From contig SFDB01000003.1 in NCBI GenBank assembly GCA_004558825.1, positions 27,290 through 91,289 on the forward strand: a stretch of 64,000 nucleotides of DNA, in the 5' to 3' direction. The notes under the pieces were generated by a model. The model was not told where the DNA came from. It made no database searches and was given only the letters and a program-made list of their open reading frames with translations. Source of the DNA: Clostridiales bacterium (lineage in GTDB: Bacteria > Bacillota > Clostridia > Christensenellales > CAG-138). This document shows, piece after piece, positions 27,825 through 37,985 of this stretch (positions are counted from its first letter, which is position 1; every line of letters starts with the position of its first letter). The position numbers were made by a program, and so were the translations under genes.

Positions 27825-28988
27825 ATGGAAAACGTACTGCTTATCCGATACGGAGAGGTGCATTTAAAAGGGCTTAACAGGCCATATTTTGAGCGAAAAC
27901 TCATAGAACGCATAAAGCTCGCGCTTTCCGGACTGAACGCTACGGTAAAGCGCGAGCAGGGCCGAATTTACGCCTTTGGTATTGGTGAAAACGACAATGA
28001 AAAAGCGATAGACATGCTTACCCGCGTGTTTGGCATACATTCACTCAGCCCGTCATACGGCGTAGAGAAAGGTTGGGATACCATATGCCGCACGGCTCTC
28101 GAGGTCGTGAAACAGGAAGCTGCCGGTGGTAAAAGAACCTTCAAGGTATTTGCAAGGCGTTCGGACAAGCAGTTTTTCATGAACTCACAATCGATATGCC
28201 GCGAGCTTGGCGGATATATACTTGATAACATGCCTGAGCTTTCGGTTGATATTCATAACCCGGAAATATGCTTATCCGTCGAAATACGAGATATGGCGTA
28301 CATCTACACAAAAGAAATACCGTGCGCGGGTGGAATGCCTACCGGAACTGCGGGCAGGGGGGCATTGCTGCTTTCAGGCGGAATAGATAGTCCGGTTGCA
28401 GGCTACATGCTTGCAAAGCGCGGGCTTGAATTAAGCGCTGTGCATTTTTACAGCTATCCTTACACAAGCGAACGCGCCCGCGACAAGGTTGTCGAGCTTG
28501 CAAGGATACTTGCAACACACACAGGCACAATAAAGCTGCACCTCGTACCTTTTACCGAGATACAGCTTGCAATATACGACAACTGTCCTCCTAAGGAGAC
28601 AACGGTGCTCATGCGCCGTCTCATGATGCGCATTGCCGAAATAATTGCGCGACAGGATGGCGCACTTGCGTTAATAACGGGCGAATCGCTCGGGCAGGTT
28701 GCAAGTCAAACTCTCGAGAGCCTCTGCGCAACGAACGACGCTGTGTCATTGCCCGTATTCAGGCCGCTTATCGGCTTTGATAAAGAGGATATAACGAACG
28801 TTGCCCGCAAAATAGGCACGTTTGAAACTTCAATACAGCCGTATGAGGATTGCTGTACGGTATTTGTGCCGCAGCACCCTGTGACGAAGCCGAGATTAGC
28901 GGATATAAGAAAGAGTGAAGCGCTTGTCGATTTTTCCGAAATGATCGAAAGGGCGCTCAAGGACACGGAAGTCGCCGAGATAGGGTAA
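27825..28988 (+). CDS. thiI: tRNA 4-thiouridine(8) synthase
   Basis: THUMP-type N-terminus and PP-loop LLSGGIDSPVAGY. Confidence 0.9.
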   Translation: MENVLLIRYGEVHLKGLNRPYFERKLIERIKLALSGLNATVKREQGRIYAFGIGENDNEKAIDMLTRVFGIHSLSPSYGVEKGWDTICRTALEVVKQEAAGGKRTFKVFARRSDKQFFMNSQSICRELGGYILDNMPELSVDIHNPEICLSVEIRDMAYIYTKEIPCAGGMPTGTAGRGALLLSGGIDSPVAGYMLAKRGLELSAVHFYSYPYTSERARDKVVELARILATHTGTIKLHLVPFTEIQLAIYDNCPPKETTVLMRRLMMRIAEIIARQDGALALITGESLGQVASQTLESLCATNDAVSLPVFRPLIGFDKEDITNVARKIGTFETSIQPYEDCCTVFVPQHPVTKPRLADIRKSEALVDFSEMIERALKDTEVAEIG

Positions 28989-29011
28989 TCCCATAGAGCG
29001 GATTTCGGAAA

Positions 29012-29722
29012 TCAATCATCAGCGGAGGGTACGAGGTTCAGCATATCCTCCTCATTATTTACATCGGTATAAGCATCGGGCACATCGCCGATTATAACGC
29101 TTTGCGCGATAGGCACATCTATTTCGGCGCAAACACTGTTAAGTGCGCCCGGAAATATTATATTGCTGTCAGCCGTGACTCGTAAATTTACACAGTAAAG
29201 CGTCTGATTTATACCCGATGATTTGATCGATGAAACATATTGATACCGTACAGCAGAGCACGGCTGAAGCCGCACGGTGACATTTGGCCCAAGATTGCTC
29301 AGAAAAGGTATTCCGCTTAGTGTTCCCAACGGAATAGATATGCCTTGCTCGCACAATGCGTTGAGTTTGTTTTGGATGTTTGCAACACAATTTGACGCCG
29401 CAAGGTTTACAAGCGGTGTGTTTGTTTGCAGCAAAGCCGAATTTTCCGTAGCGTTTGAAATAGAAACCATGCTTTGATACATCTCTGAGGTTGACATGGT
29501 TTCGCGCACTGATTCGCTTATAGCTTCGCTCATAAGCTCGCTCATACGCGTTTGCGCGATCACGGAGGCGACGCTGCACACTCTTCTGCCGAAAGAAAAA
29601 AATGCGACTATAGCCACTGTTGTCAGCGTCAACACTGACATAAGCAGCTTTAGCTTAGAAAGGCTGTGCGTTCTCCTAATCGAAATCATTTTCTTCCGTC
29701 GGCGAATCACAGCCTTTTCCAT
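29012..29722 (-). CDS. yunB: sporulation protein YunB
   Basis: N-terminal TM, then ...IPLGTLSGIPFLSNLGPNVTVRLQP...SSGINQTLY..., typical of the YunB family. The start may be the internal MISIRR. Confidence 0.6.
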   Translation of the reverse strand: MEKAVIRRRKKMISIRRTHSLSKLKLLMSVLTLTTVAIVAFFSFGRRVCSVASVIAQTRMSELMSEAISESVRETMSTSEMYQSMVSISNATENSALLQTNTPLVNLAASNCVANIQNKLNALCEQGISIPLGTLSGIPFLSNLGPNVTVRLQPCSAVRYQYVSSIKSSGINQTLYCVNLRVTADSNIIFPGALNSVCAEIDVPIAQSVIIGDVPDAYTDVNNEEDMLNLVPSADD

Positions 29723-29825
29723 ACAAACCTCCGTGCTTTGCTTTTATTCCATGGTATGAGCAAAAGTCCGCCAATGTGAACAATGGCGGCGCAGATATAT
29801 CCGCGCCGCCTAATACACATCTAAG

Positions 29826-31040
29826 TTATTGTTCTGCGACAAGCTTTACTATTGAAAGCAGTATGTCACATACCTTTTCCATCGATTGCACCGGTATATA
29901 CTCATACCTGCCATGGAAGTTATGGCCTCCGGTACATATGTTCGGGCACGGAAGCCCCATATAGCTGAGGCGTGCGCCGTCCGTACCTCCGCGCACGGGG
30001 TTAATTATGGGCTCAACGCCTAGTTCGCGCATCACACGGCATACGTTGTCGATAAGGTGCATATGCGGTGTGATTTTTTCCTTCATATTATAGTATGAAT
30101 CGGTTATCGCTAGCTCGAGCGTGCCGCTTCCATAGCGAAGGTTTATATAGTCGGCCGCAGCCTGCATTACGCGCTTTTTTTCCGTGAACTTCGTAAAGTC
30201 ATGGTCGCGGATTATGTAGTGCATATGTGTTGACTCAATATCGCCGTTTATATCGGTCAAGTGTATAAAGCCCTCATAGTTTTCGGTATATTCCGGCCTT
30301 TGAGCGCTGGGCAGCATGGCGTCAAACTCATTCGCAACATGAATTGAATTTATCATTTTATCCTTTGCGCTTCCCGGATGTATACCTCGGCCGTGAACGA
30401 CTATATTGGCAGAAGCGGCGTTAAAGTTTTCATACTCGATTTCGCCGAGCTCGCCGCCGTCGACTGTGTAGGCATAGTCCGCGCCGAACCCCTTTACATC
30501 GAACATGTCCGAACCGCGTCCAACCTCTTCATCAGGTGTAAAAGCAATACATATTTTACCGTGCTTTATTGTTGGATCGTTCATGAGCGTTTGAACAAGC
30601 GTCATTATTTCCGCGACGCCGGCTTTGTCGTCGGCGCCGAGAAGCGTCGTCCCGTTTGCAACGACTATGTCTTGACCGATGTAGCGCTCGATTGACGGAA
30701 ACTCTGCCGGTGAAATCGTAGTGGAGTCGTTAAGCTTTATGTCGCCTCCGTCATAGCATTTGACTATGCGCGGCTCCACGTTCTTGCCCGAAGCATCGGG
30801 CGACGTATCCATATGTGCAATGAATCCGTAAGCGGGTACACCCTCTTTGTTTGCGTCGATATGCGCGTAAACATAGCCATGTTCATCGATTCGAGCGTTA
30901 GGAACGCCGAGCGCTTGAAGCTCTTCTACAAGCAGTTTGCCGAGATTAAACTGCTTTTCGGTGCTCGGAATGCAGTCCATGTCATCTTTTGACGCCGTGT
31001 CTATTCGAGCATAGTTTATAAATCTGCTTAATACATCCAT
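29826..31040 (-). CDS. pepT: peptidase T (M20B tripeptidase)
   Basis: 404 aa with FINYARIDTAS..., IAHMDTSPD and GADDKAG motifs. Confidence 0.9.
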   Translation of the reverse strand: MDVLSRFINYARIDTASKDDMDCIPSTEKQFNLGKLLVEELQALGVPNARIDEHGYVYAHIDANKEGVPAYGFIAHMDTSPDASGKNVEPRIVKCYDGGDIKLNDSTTISPAEFPSIERYIGQDIVVANGTTLLGADDKAGVAEIMTLVQTLMNDPTIKHGKICIAFTPDEEVGRGSDMFDVKGFGADYAYTVDGGELGEIEYENFNAASANIVVHGRGIHPGSAKDKMINSIHVANEFDAMLPSAQRPEYTENYEGFIHLTDINGDIESTHMHYIIRDHDFTKFTEKKRVMQAAADYINLRYGSGTLELAITDSYYNMKEKITPHMHLIDNVCRVMRELGVEPIINPVRGGTDGARLSYMGLPCPNICTGGHNFHGRYEYIPVQSMEKVCDILLSIVKLVAEQ

Positions 31041-31139
31041 TGGTAAATCCTCCGTTAAGTTTGCTTAAAACAATTATATCATACTCATGCGAAGTATGGC
31101 GCGGGCATATTCGGAAACTATTAAAAAGAGGTGATTCGG

Positions 31140-31946
31140 ATGAAAGAAAGGCTTGAAAAGCGAAGCTTCTACAAAAAACGTATGTACGGCAAACGGACAA
31201 TGATTGCACGCGGCGCAGATTTTATAACTCTGCGGATAGTGATCGCTTTCGCGGCATTTTTCTGTTTTAAGACGCTTATGCCTACAGTAGCGTCAGCGGT
31301 GCTTGCAGTCGTGGCAGTATTGATGTTTTCCACTGCGTCAGAGCTTATAAAAAGCGTACGTCTTGACAGGTTTATAGCTTCGGAGCGCGACAGGATGGTA
31401 CGGGAACATATAAAGCAAATAATACTCTACCTGGACAACGACAGCTTCTGCAGGCTTGCCGGAAGGTGCGTCTATGACGATGGCTGCGTTACCGCACTTC
31501 AAAAAATATCGCCGATTACACCCGACGATGTTTTAGCAGCGTATAGGCAGGCGGCAGCTTCTTCAAAGAAAGCCGCTCATATAGTCACAATAGCGCAGAT
31601 AACTCCCGAAGCGCGCGTTACCGCCCAAAGCGCGCCAAACATTAAAATACACTTTCATACATCGGATGAGCTTATCGAATTATACAACGATGAATGCATT
31701 GACGCCGATGAGCTTGAAAAAATAGCTATCATGGCGGAAAAAAATAAACGCCGTCTGCGTGGATTAAAAGGCATGAGGCCGTTTGCGCCATCAAGAGCGC
31801 GGTCGTACATAATTGCTTCAAGTCTGCTCATGGTGCTTTCCTTCTTTGTTAAACATGCGCTTTATTTCAGAATTATGGGAATAATCTGCATGGTTTTTGG
31901 GATGCTTACCGCCTGTATCGGAGTTTATACAAAAAATTCTGCGTAA
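31140..31946 (+). CDS. hypothetical membrane protein (2 N-terminal and 2 C-terminal TM segments flanking a soluble domain)
   Basis: ATG 31140 has AAGAGG upstream. No motif recognised. Confidence 0.5.
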   Translation: MKERLEKRSFYKKRMYGKRTMIARGADFITLRIVIAFAAFFCFKTLMPTVASAVLAVVAVLMFSTASELIKSVRLDRFIASERDRMVREHIKQIILYLDNDSFCRLAGRCVYDDGCVTALQKISPITPDDVLAAYRQAAASSKKAAHIVTIAQITPEARVTAQSAPNIKIHFHTSDELIELYNDECIDADELEKIAIMAEKNKRRLRGLKGMRPFAPSRARSYIIASSLLMVLSFFVKHALYFRIMGIICMVFGMLTACIGVYTKNSA

Positions 31947-31947
31947 A

Positions 31948-33462
31948 TCACGCCTTTGAAGCTGATAGGACAATCAACAGCGTTGCTGCTGCAAACGCAG
32001 TTAATGCATATATTGCCTTTCGTTTTTTGCCACAGATGAAATATGGCGACACAACGAACATCGGCACAAACAGCGTTAGAACAGAGAAAAGCGACGGTGA
32101 CGGTACATCGATCGAACAAAAGCGTATGCTTGACAAAGTATAGAGATATTCGGACGTTAGCCTCAACACCGATACGGCGGCGAGGGCCGCAATCTGCGCC
32201 ACCTTTGGAGAAACGATGTAAGCAGCTACAGCTATAGCGGATGGTACGAGTATAAGCGGCGCAAGCGGAACTATGATTATGTTTGCAAAAATGCCGAGAA
32301 GGGGCAGCGAGTTAAAATAGTGAGCGCTGAGCGGCAGGGAGCCTATAGTTCCGCAGATAGCTACGGATAAAACTCCTGACAGCGCTTGGTGAAGGTTTTT
32401 CATAAGCGCGACAATGGGCTTATTCAGAAGAAGTATCGTAAATACCGTACAGAAAGAAAGCTGAAATCCTATGCTCAGCGGCGCAAACGGCCTGAACGCG
32501 GTTATTATTACGAACGCCAGTGAGAGAGAGGACAGCGGGTCGTAGCGTCTTGCAAACGGGTCTGCAGATATCAGGCAAATTGACATAACGGACGCGCGCA
32601 CAAGCGAGGGAGCAAACGCCGTTAATGCGCAATACAGCAATAAAAATATGCCTATGACGGCCACGCGCAGCCATGGTCTGCGCTTTGGAATGATGACCAT
32701 GAAAAACGCGACAAATATGCTGACGTGAAGTCCGGAGACGGCGAAAAGATGTGCAGTCCCCGTTCGGCGAAACGCGTCCATTAACGAAGCCGATATGTTT
32801 GATTTATCCCCCAAGAGCATTCCGCTCACTATATCGGAATAGTCGCCGAAGAGTTCGCTAACGGTGTTTTCTATATGCGCACGAAGGCGTAGAAAGAATC
32901 CGTAAAAATCAAACGAGTTGCCTGTTTTTGAGGCATTCACAGTTTTGCATTCAAAACGCGCAGTTATGCCCTGCGAAAGGTAATGGTTAAATTCGTTAAA
33001 GCCCTTTTTGTTTGATGAAAATGCCGTAAAGCTGCCTTCGGCCTCTATTATATCTCCGTACTCGTATGAAAACATGCCTTGCTCGCATTGAAGCAGTATG
33101 CGGCCGTTCATTCTCAAGCCGTTTAATGTAGTGTTGTTTAAAACAAGAATGTGTTTGCCGTTTTTGAAACATGGCGTTTCACATATTTTTCCTCTGAGCT
33201 CATAGCAGCCTTCTGCAGGCATAACCGGATATGCGGCGGTTGTTCTTGTGAATGCAAGCAGAACGGCGCAGATAAAAAGCAGAATGCGGCGCACTTTTTT
33301 CAGCGCGAGTATCAGCGCCAAAACACCGAGAAAAAGGCATACGACCCATGAAAGCCGTACGCCTTGAAGTTCCCGTGCAAGTACGATACCCACGCATACC
33401 CCTGACGCAATGACGGCCATTGGTCTGAAGTTTACATGAACGCCGTTACCCGAAAGTTTCAT
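31948..33462 (-). CDS. comEC: ComEC/Rec2 family competence channel protein (no metallo-beta-lactamase domain)
   Basis: FRRTGTAHLFAVSGLHVSIF competence-domain signature. Polytopic, 504 aa. Confidence 0.8.
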   Translation of the reverse strand: MKLSGNGVHVNFRPMAVIASGVCVGIVLARELQGVRLSWVVCLFLGVLALILALKKVRRILLFICAVLLAFTRTTAAYPVMPAEGCYELRGKICETPCFKNGKHILVLNNTTLNGLRMNGRILLQCEQGMFSYEYGDIIEAEGSFTAFSSNKKGFNEFNHYLSQGITARFECKTVNASKTGNSFDFYGFFLRLRAHIENTVSELFGDYSDIVSGMLLGDKSNISASLMDAFRRTGTAHLFAVSGLHVSIFVAFFMVIIPKRRPWLRVAVIGIFLLLYCALTAFAPSLVRASVMSICLISADPFARRYDPLSSLSLAFVIITAFRPFAPLSIGFQLSFCTVFTILLLNKPIVALMKNLHQALSGVLSVAICGTIGSLPLSAHYFNSLPLLGIFANIIIVPLAPLILVPSAIAVAAYIVSPKVAQIAALAAVSVLRLTSEYLYTLSSIRFCSIDVPSPSLFSVLTLFVPMFVVSPYFICGKKRKAIYALTAFAAATLLIVLSASKA

Positions 33463-33470
33463 TGCATGTT

Positions 33471-33845
33471 TTATTTGACCGCGACAGCTTCGATCTCAAC
33501 GAGCCCTCCTGCGGGAAGTTTAGCAACCTGCACGCAGGAGCGAGCGGGGGGATTGGTTGCAAAAAACTTTGCATAGATAGCGTTTACCTTTGCAAAATCG
33601 GCCAAATCCTGCACAAACACCGTCGTCTTTACGACGTGCTCCATATCGGTGCCGGATGCTTTAAGCACGTTCCGGAGGTTAATAAGAGCCTGCTCAGTCT
33701 GTGCCTCAACGCCTTCGGGGAGTTTGCCTGTCTCGGGGATAAGGCCAAGCTGGCCAGACGTGAATACCATATCGTTTATTACGACAGCGTGCGAGTACGG
33801 CCCTATAGCGGCGGGCGCGTTTTCAGCAACAATAATCTCTTTCAT
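33471..33845 (-). CDS. ridA: RidA/YjgF family reactive-intermediate deaminase
   Basis: 124 aa with APAAIGPYSHAV... and ...PARSCVQVAKLP...VEIEAVA. Confidence 0.9.
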   Translation of the reverse strand: MKEIIVAENAPAAIGPYSHAVVINDMVFTSGQLGLIPETGKLPEGVEAQTEQALINLRNVLKASGTDMEHVVKTTVFVQDLADFAKVNAIYAKFFATNPPARSCVQVAKLPAGGLVEIEAVAVK

Positions 33846-33912
33846 AGCTGAATCTCCTTTTTGGATTATGTTATGATAATGCCATTTTATAGCTTTAAGA
33901 CTTCACTGTCAA

Positions 33913-34596
33913 TCAAAGCAGCTTTATAATGCCTCTGCGCAAAAGCTCGTTTTTCACCATATCGGCTATCTCGTCTATTCCACGCAGTCTGCCGTTCGTC
34001 ATACAGTCAATAACCGCAATATCGTCGTATTTTTGCGCAATCTTTATATACATTCTTCGTGCTCGCTGCTGTATACCGACGGATGCCTCATAAACGTCCT
34101 TTTTGTCGCCTACGTATTCGCGGAAGCCCTTTTTGTCTACGTTTTCGGACGCACTTGCTTCAGACACATCGAATAAAAGCGTGACGTCCGGACGGGGGAG
34201 CGCAAAGCGATTGTACTCGAGATCAAATATCCAATCGGATATGTCCGGCTTGCCAACATCGCAGTCGCGTATGTTTTGATACACGGCGTTTGATAGCACA
34301 TACCGATTTATAAGCAAAAAGTCGCTTTCGCCGTCGGTATAGCCCTTAAAGCTGTCCCATCTGTCCAGAGCAAACCAAAGCGCCATGCTTTTTCCGTCCA
34401 CGTTAACGGCATCGATGGCGTCGTTGCCCGAAAGCAAGTTTCCAACCTGCGAGCCAAAGAAACTATCATACATGGGGTATGACCGGACAGCAACGCTGTA
34501 TCCAAGCGATATCAAAAGGAAGCGAAGCCTTTCGAATTGAACACTCTTTCCGCTGCCGTCGATTCCTTCTATTGCTATAATCTTTGTTTTTGCCAT
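33913..34596 (-). CDS. thymidylate kinase-like P-loop kinase
   Basis: IAIEGIDGSGKS P-loop, 227 aa. Resembles long Tmk-family proteins. Confidence 0.6.
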   Translation of the reverse strand: MAKTKIIAIEGIDGSGKSVQFERLRFLLISLGYSVAVRSYPMYDSFFGSQVGNLLSGNDAIDAVNVDGKSMALWFALDRWDSFKGYTDGESDFLLINRYVLSNAVYQNIRDCDVGKPDISDWIFDLEYNRFALPRPDVTLLFDVSEASASENVDKKGFREYVGDKKDVYEASVGIQQRARRMYIKIAQKYDDIAVIDCMTNGRLRGIDEIADMVKNELLRRGIIKLL

Positions 34597-34720
34597 AGCA
34601 ACCTCTTAAACGAACATAGTTTTTATAAATGTTACCACATTTTTGAGTTTGTTTCGAGATATTACCGACAAATGGCTGCAAATATACAACAAAAATAATC
34701 AAAATGGTCACAAATAATGC

Positions 34721-34749
34721 TTGACAGTTAATATTATACGTCATATAAT
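34721..34749 (+). promoter_or_regulatory. padR operon promoter (perfect consensus)
   Basis: TTGACA, 17-nt spacer, TATAAT. Confidence 0.7.
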
Positions 34750-34772
34750 ATTGCCGAAAGGAGATGATTCGT

Positions 34773-35105
34773 ATGTTTCAAATCGGAGCAACTTTGCTGG
34801 AGGCATGTGTTCTCTCGATTTTGAGTGATGGCGATACATACGGTTACATTCTTACGCAGAACGCGCGCGAAATCATAAATGTTGCTGAATCGACGCTTTA
34901 TCCCGTTCTAAGAAGGCTTCAAAAAAGCGGAGACCTGACAATGTACGATATGCCGTATGAAGGCCGTTTGAGACGCTATTACAAAATCACTGATAAAGGG
35001 CTCGAAACGCTTAAAACTTATCGCAAAGAATGGCTTGTTTACAGAGCCAAGGTAAACAGAATGCTTATGGTAACAGAAGGAGACAATGACAATGAAAAAG
35101 TATGA
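34773..35105 (+). CDS. PadR family transcriptional regulator
   Basis: LEACVLSILSDGDTYGYILTQ...STLYPVLRRLQKSGDL winged-helix signature. AAAGGAG lies 9 nt before ATG 34773. Confidence 0.85.
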   Translation: MFQIGATLLEACVLSILSDGDTYGYILTQNAREIINVAESTLYPVLRRLQKSGDLTMYDMPYEGRLRRYYKITDKGLETLKTYRKEWLVYRAKVNRMLMVTEGDNDNEKV

Positions 35106-36051
35106 ATTTTTGTATAGGCTTGAAAAAGCGCTTTCGTCCATGGACGAATCCGACAGAAACGCCGCAATGCGCTACTATGAAGAATACTTTGAGGATGCGG
35201 GCGCTGAAAACGAGCAGAAAGTGATAGAAGAACTTGGGACACCGGAGGAGCTCGCAAAAACTATAATGAACGATGCTGATGAAGCATGCTGTCGCAAAAA
35301 CGAAAATGCTGACTCGCACAACGAGGTGCAATGCGGCGATTTTGTTGATATGGATCTGCCTGCGTTTAAATCAATACAGGGCAAGATGGTAAATTCGGCT
35401 TTACAGATTGAGAGAGGGGATGCCTATGGCATGGAATGGTCGTGCGACAATCCATTGGCAAAATTGGAATATCGGATTTGCGATGGTACACTGTACTATC
35501 AGGAGAAAATAACACCAAAGAAAAAATCAGGCGTCAACTTATTCAACAGCAATGGCGGCAGACTTATCGTATACCTGCCCAGTGAGACGTTTGACAATAT
35601 CGCAGTAAAAAACGTCAACGGATCTATAAGGATAGAGGATCTGATGGCTGATACTCTTGCAGCGGGCACAGTCAATGGATCTGTAACGGTCTCTGCATCA
35701 AGCTTTGAAAAAACAATAATGGAATCCGTAAACGGTTCTATATCGGGAGTTGAAATGACTACCAATGAGTTCAAAGGCAAAACTGTAAACGGTAGCATAA
35801 AGGTTGATGGAACATTCAACGGAAACGTGAATATGTCTACTGTAAACGGCAGCATACGCGTCACAACATCACTTGGTGAGAATGAATATAACTATAAGCT
35901 CTCGACATGGGGCAGCATACGCATAAACGATAAAAAGGTAGGTCTTGACAACCTTATTGGACGTGGCGATGCTTCGATAAATAACGGAGCTGTGCACGAT
36001 ATGAACATAAGCGCGGTACATGGAAGCGTAAAAATAGCGACCGCTCAATAA
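35086..36051 (+). CDS. DUF1700-like N-terminal domain fused to a DUF4097-like repeat (putative adhesin/beta-helix) domain
   Basis: N-terminal EFLYRLEKALSSMDESDRNAAMRYYEEYFEDAG. The C-terminal half carries repeated VNGSI(R/S/K)V units. Overlaps the padR stop. Confidence 0.6.
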   Translation: MTMKKYEFLYRLEKALSSMDESDRNAAMRYYEEYFEDAGAENEQKVIEELGTPEELAKTIMNDADEACCRKNENADSHNEVQCGDFVDMDLPAFKSIQGKMVNSALQIERGDAYGMEWSCDNPLAKLEYRICDGTLYYQEKITPKKKSGVNLFNSNGGRLIVYLPSETFDNIAVKNVNGSIRIEDLMADTLAAGTVNGSVTVSASSFEKTIMESVNGSISGVEMTTNEFKGKTVNGSIKVDGTFNGNVNMSTVNGSIRVTTSLGENEYNYKLSTWGSIRINDKKVGLDNLIGRGDASINNGAVHDMNISAVHGSVKIATAQ

Positions 36052-36083
36052 GCTTGACGATACCGCAATCATAGATAGACGCT

Positions 36084-36127
36084 GAAGCCGATGGAGTGAA
36101 GAAATTCACTTCATCGGCTTTTTTTGC
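36084..36127 (+). terminator. intrinsic terminator of the padR operon
   Basis: GAAGCCGATGGAGTGAA...TTCACTTCATCGGCTT followed by TTTTTTG. Confidence 0.8.
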
Positions 36128-36210
36128 GGATAAAATGATATAATTTTGTATAGTTGATAAATTTAGCGTAAGTCTATATAATTACTAAGAATAAAACCGG
36201 GAGGGCAAGG

Positions 36211-36858
36211 ATGAAAGGGAATAACACTAAAAAGCTTGCGATATACGGACTGTTTATCGCGCTTATATTTTTGCTCGGTCTTACAAACTTAGGCTATATA
36301 AGGCTCTCTTTTGCGGCAATCACAACGGTACACATACCCGTAATAATAGGCGCTTTTGTGCTCGGAGTAAAGGGCGGGGCTGTTCTCGGCTTTTTCTTCG
36401 GTCTCACCAGTCTCATACAGTGTTTCATGGCTCCCGATGCAATAGCTGCCATTGTTCTCGGCACGGGCAGTGAATCAGGCTTTGGTTTTTATAATGTATT
36501 GCTCATTATAACAATAATTTTTATTCCGAGAATACTTGCGGGCGTATTAAGTGCGATTGCATACCGCGCCTTGTCAAAGATAGATAAGACGGAAGTGTTT
36601 GCCATGGGCGCCGCCGCAGTCACCGGAACTCTGACAAACACCGTACTTCTTCTTGGCGGTCTTTGCTTGCTTGCAAGCGAACAGACGGCCGCTGCGTTCG
36701 GTGTGGGTACAACCGCGAAAGCGCTTTTTGCGGCAATTCTTGGCGTTGTCACGACGAACGGCATAGCTGAGGCGATAGCCGCCGTAATAATCGGTGTCGC
36801 CGTAGGTAAGGCCGTTTCGGTTTATCTTAAAAGACATCCGCTTGAAAAAAACGTTTAA
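36211..36858 (+). CDS. ECF transporter S component (pantothenate-type suggested only by adjacency to coaX)
   Basis: 215 aa, 6 TM segments. The N-terminal KKLAIYGLFIALIFLL pattern is typical of ECF S units. Confidence 0.55.
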   Translation: MKGNNTKKLAIYGLFIALIFLLGLTNLGYIRLSFAAITTVHIPVIIGAFVLGVKGGAVLGFFFGLTSLIQCFMAPDAIAAIVLGTGSESGFGFYNVLLIITIIFIPRILAGVLSAIAYRALSKIDKTEVFAMGAAAVTGTLTNTVLLLGGLCLLASEQTAAAFGVGTTAKALFAAILGVVTTNGIAEAIAAVIIGVAVGKAVSVYLKRHPLEKNV

Positions 36859-36870
36859 TCGGAGGAAAAA

Positions 36871-37638
36871 TTGCTTCTCGTACTCGATATCGGCAATACA
36901 AACATAAAAATTGGCCTTTTTGACAACGGCGCACTGCGTAATTCATGGCGCATGACTACGGATACCCATCGCACGTCGGATGAATACGGCATACAGATGG
37001 AGTCGTTCTTTCGTCACATCGGATTAAGTACAGATGTGGTCGACGGTATAATTATGTCGTCTGTTATACCTTCCGTCAATTATACAATTGAGCATATGTG
37101 CCGCCTGTTTTTCCATGGCATCCAGCCTATGCTGGTGTCGAATGCCATAAAAACGGGATTAAGCAATAAATATGATCATCCGGAAACGCTCGGCGCCGAT
37201 AGAATCTGCAATGCTGTAGCTGCTTATAAAAAATACGGTGGTCCGTGCGTTGCCATTGACTTCGGAACTGCAACGAACTTCGGAATTGTCGATGAAAACG
37301 GAGCTTTTCTCGGCGGACTTATCTGCCCCGGTATAAAGGTATCGACGGACGCGCTTATCGAAAATGCCGCCATGCTCCCGAAAATCGAATATATAAAGCC
37401 GCCTAAGGTAATATGTACGAATACATATGACGCCATACAGGCGGGAATTATCTACGGCTATGTCGGTCAGGTTGAATTCATAATACACTGCATCGAAAAG
37501 GAACTCGGAAAAAAGCCTAAAGTAATAGCGACAGGCGGAATGTCGTCTATGATTGCGTCAGAAACCGATGCAATCAACATTCTCAACCCGACGCTTACTC
37601 TTGAAGGGCTTTCGCTGATATATGAAATGAATAAATAG
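36871..37638 (+). CDS. coaX: type III pantothenate kinase
   Basis: TTG start. LLVLDIGNTNIKIG and GADR motifs. 255 aa. Confidence 0.9.
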   Translation: MLLVLDIGNTNIKIGLFDNGALRNSWRMTTDTHRTSDEYGIQMESFFRHIGLSTDVVDGIIMSSVIPSVNYTIEHMCRLFFHGIQPMLVSNAIKTGLSNKYDHPETLGADRICNAVAAYKKYGGPCVAIDFGTATNFGIVDENGAFLGGLICPGIKVSTDALIENAAMLPKIEYIKPPKVICTNTYDAIQAGIIYGYVGQVEFIIHCIEKELGKKPKVIATGGMSSMIASETDAINILNPTLTLEGLSLIYEMNK

Positions 37639-37645
37639 CGTGCGC

Positions 37646-37822
37646 TTAAACGTAGTATTTAAGCCAATGCGCTGCATACATCAGCGATAGGAACAACTGT
37701 ATCACAGCTAACGCATAGCACACATAGCGCCGCGTTTTATCGTCGCGGCGTTTATATATGTACGCGCCGATAAGGGGTATGAACGGTATTAAACCGACGT
37801 AGGCAAGAAACGCAAACGTCAT
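37646..37822 (-). CDS. small two-TM membrane protein
   Basis: ATG 37822 (MTFAFLAYVGL...) has AAAGGAG upstream. 58 aa. Confidence 0.45.
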   Translation of the reverse strand: MTFAFLAYVGLIPFIPLIGAYIYKRRDDKTRRYVCYALAVIQLFLSLMYAAHWLKYYV

Positions 37823-37985
37823 ACTTATCACTCCTTTTATGCATAGATTAGCATCAAAACAGCGCGTATTCAATTCAATAATTATGCCATGTATAGCTTA
37901 TAATACCAGCGAATATATGATTTGTTCGATTTACACGAGCGTTAAGTTTGATAAAATATTCATATGTTCGTAAATGAGGTGCCAA

